Below are positions 60,837 through 64,000 of a stretch of DNA of 64,000 nt, one piece after another. A program made the translations under genes and the position numbers. Positions within the stretch are counted from its first letter, which is position 1, and every line of letters starts with the position of its first letter. The DNA is from the human T2T-CHM13v2.0 reference genome, Homo sapiens, in the NCBI RefSeq assembly GCF_009914755.1, contig NC_060939.1. One strand, 5' to 3'. The notes under the pieces are model-generated. The model had not been told where the DNA came from. It saw nothing but the letters and a program-made list of their open reading frames with translations, and ran no database searches.

Positions 60837-61614
60837 CTGGGGATGAAAGGGAAAGAAAGGATAGCCAGTTTTGTCAGTCCTCAGCAAATCTCACCCGTGT
60901 CTCCTATTTACCCAGCCCTGAGAAGGCTGGGTACTGAGCAGCTCCTTTCCCCGTGCTTCCGACATAGGGATCTCCAAAGGGTCCCAAAGGCTGGGGCATT
61001 GCCCAGATGCCAGGAGGAACCTTGTCAGGCTGCCCTAAGATCAAGCTATGGCCCCCTCCTACAAGGCCACTGGGAGTTACTGGAACCAGAGCCTCAGTCT
61101 TATCTACAAAATGGGGAGGAAAACAGCTGCCTCACTCTGCTCCTCTGATGTTGACACAAGATCATGTGTGTGAAGGTGTTTTGTAAGCTATTAAGTGATT
61201 ACTAAATACAAAAGATTTTACTTTTTTATTGGTCCAAATGTGAGGGTAGGTATCTAAGCTGCAATAAACTATTTTCCCTTTCCACCTGTTTTTAAACACT
61301 CTCATATTCCTTTTCTCATTCATATCCAGGTGGTCATTAACCCGAGGAAATGGTTATTACTGAGAGGTGAAGAAACCAAAACTCAGAAGTCTGAGACTAG
61401 TCCAAGATCACACGGTCCTTCACTGAGGGGAAGTGGACCCCTGGCTTCTCGACTCTGGTTTTCATAAAAGCAGAACGTGGAGGCTTCCTTTTTTGCATCC
61501 ACAGAAATGGAGAAGCATGGGGACAGCTGAAGATGACAGTGCAATAGGGATGGGAGTGGGAAGTGAAAACTCTACCTAGCTGGTCTCTATCCAATTCTTC
61601 CCCACCCCCCACAA

Positions 61615-62250
<636 letters not shown>

Positions 62251-62399
62251 GTAAATGGAATGGTCCCTTCGGCCTCATAACCCTGTGACGACAGGGCCTG
62301 GCCCTCCAAATCCTCCTCACCCAGGCAGGCCCTGCTCTGGACCAGCCCGCCCGCTGTTCCCGCCACAGCACGGCCACTGTCCCTTCTGGGGCAGGGCAT

Positions 62400-63080
62400 G
62401 AGTCTGTGCAAAAGCAGCGCGGCAAGTAGCTGGAGTTTATAGTTACGCGGGTGGGGTGGGGCCGGAGGTCGGCGTGAGGCGAAGCCCAGCCTTCGGAGAC
62501 CTGTCTGGGGGTCGGGACCCTCTCTCGAGGGCAGGCGGACAGGCGGGGAGCTTTAAGCCGATCTGTGTCATGGGGTCGCTGGGCGGGCGCGGCGGCAGGG
62601 GCGCCGGGAGCGGCGGACTGGAGGGGCGGACTGAAGGCGGAGAGGCGGCTTTGGCAACCCCAGTTTTCCCCCACCCGCATCCCACCCCCCCACCCGATCC
62701 TGTTGCGGGGTTCGAGCCGGGGCACGGGAGGCCGACCCGAGGCCGTGAGCCCAGGCCTACCCCTGGTGGGCGGCGGGGTCCCAGGCCCCTGGCAGCCGGA
62801 CGCTCTGCACCGCCTTGTTCCGGAGCGCGCCGTCGTGGTAGATGCGGCTCATTCTCCCGACCGCCCGGGCACCCCGGCACAGAGCCGGCGCACTGGGCTG
62901 GGGGCGCGGCGCGGGAAGTGCTGCAGGACGCGCGGGGACCCGCGATTCCCAGCCGGCGGATCCAGGAATGGCGCGGCCCGGCCCTCAGGCGTTCCTCGGC
63001 GGGATTTAAAGGGACCGAGCTCCATTCCTGCACGCCAGGCCGCGCGCGGCAGGAGTTGGGCTTCCGGGAGGACCCTGGCT
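62400..63080 (-). promoter_or_regulatory. ARPIN: ARPIN CpG-island promoter / first exon
   Basis: Very high GC and CpG density around the ATG; GC-box (ggggcgga near 62622) and E2F-like gcgcgggaa near 62910. Confidence 0.85.
62761..62852 (-). CDS. ARPIN: ARPIN coding exon 1 (MSRIYHDGALRNKAVQSVRLPGAWDPAAHQG)
   Basis: ATG at 62852; 92 nt; donor GG|gtaggc; matches the recalled Arpin N-terminus; lies in a CpG island. Confidence 0.96.
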
Positions 63081-63864
63081 GGGGGCTTAGCACAGTGGGG
63101 CAGAAAGGCCATGCTTTTCTCTTGTCTCTCTCTCTTCCTCATTCCTAGAGGAAGATCCCTGCCCCAGCACACGCACAAAAGGGAAATTGAGGCCCCAAGA
63201 TCCTATTATAGAAGATCCTTTGTAGGATCAGCCCGGGAAGGATGGGTTTCTGGGAAGCAGGAATGGAGAACAGCCACTGGGGAGGATTGGGTGGTCAGCT
63301 TAGAAGCTGTCCATTATGCCCCGCCCGCGGCCCTACAATGGCTGAGTCAGGTATCCCAGGGATCTGTGACGAGGGAGCTGGGGCATGGGTGTCGGACCAA
63401 AGACGCCTAAGTTTGAATCCCAGCTGTGAGCTTGGGCAAGCTCCTCAACCTCTCTGAGCCCATGCTTCTTCGTCTGTAAAATGGGGTCAGTATCAGGGGG
63501 ATTGTAAAGTTTAATGAGCTCACCCTTTCTACAACATAGCATTGCCCTCCCTCCTTCTTCCTGCACAGCTCCTGAACTCCTCCCTGGCCCCACAATGCCC
63601 TTTGCCCAAGTATGTCATAGTCCGCAGGTGCATTTTCCAAGCCTGGTACAGAAGATTCTTCTGACCCTGGGATTGTTGAGGAATCTTTGTTCTTTTGTTT
63701 GGCTTCTTCGTGCCAGGCCTCGGGGCAGGTGGGCCCATTCAGGGAGGCCAGGTGTACCCCGGGAGAGGGGGCGGCATTTAAAGGGGGTGGTGGCCAGGCA
63801 GGTGCCTAGGAGTCTAGCATGAGCTGTCAATGTTGGAAGAAGAAAGCACCCTCTCCCTTCCCTG

Positions 63865-63865
<1 letters not shown>

Positions 63866-63907
<42 letters not shown>
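63866..63907 (+). repeat. (CA)n microsatellite, about 21 units, upstream of ARPIN
   Basis: Read directly from the sequence. Confidence 0.95.
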
Positions 63908-63911
<4 letters not shown>

Positions 63912-64000
63912 ATGACTTTCTTGGGTCCTAGGCACTTTTGTTTTCAAAGGACCCTTTCTCCATTAAAAATTTTTTAAAAAATTATTATCTTACCACTGGG

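Overview
Human genomic DNA, recognisable as the 15q26.1 ARPIN (C15orf38) / AP3S2 locus; both genes are on the minus strand. All six ARPIN coding exons are present (62852 to 51807; 92+76+133+207+164+9 = 681 nt, 226 aa ending EDEEWDD*). AP3S2 coding exons 1-4 run from 43956 to 21495, and its intron 4 runs off the left edge. ARPIN exon 5 and AP3S2 exon 2 meet in phase 0, matching the known ARPIN-AP3S2 read-through. The rest is repeat-dense intron: roughly 50 Alus, L1/L2/MIR/MaLR/DNA-transposon fossils, two young SVA_F-type elements in AP3S2 intron 4, an ancient RSRC2 processed pseudogene, U6 and U7 pseudogenes, and the MIR5094 and MIR5009 hairpins. Nearly all ORF-track entries are Alu, SVA or simple-repeat artefacts. 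I found no new protein-coding system. The most unusual signals are: an RSRC2 retrocopy that appears to preserve two frameshifting (poison-type) cassette exons and is dated by nested insertions; an SVA carrying a 3' transduction; two multi-segment templated-insertion scars; sequence features that could drive the read-through; and a phase-0 exon 2-3 circRNA candidate. Gene, miRNA and repeat identities come from recalled sequences, not searches; repeat boundaries are approximate unless target-site duplications (TSDs) are given.
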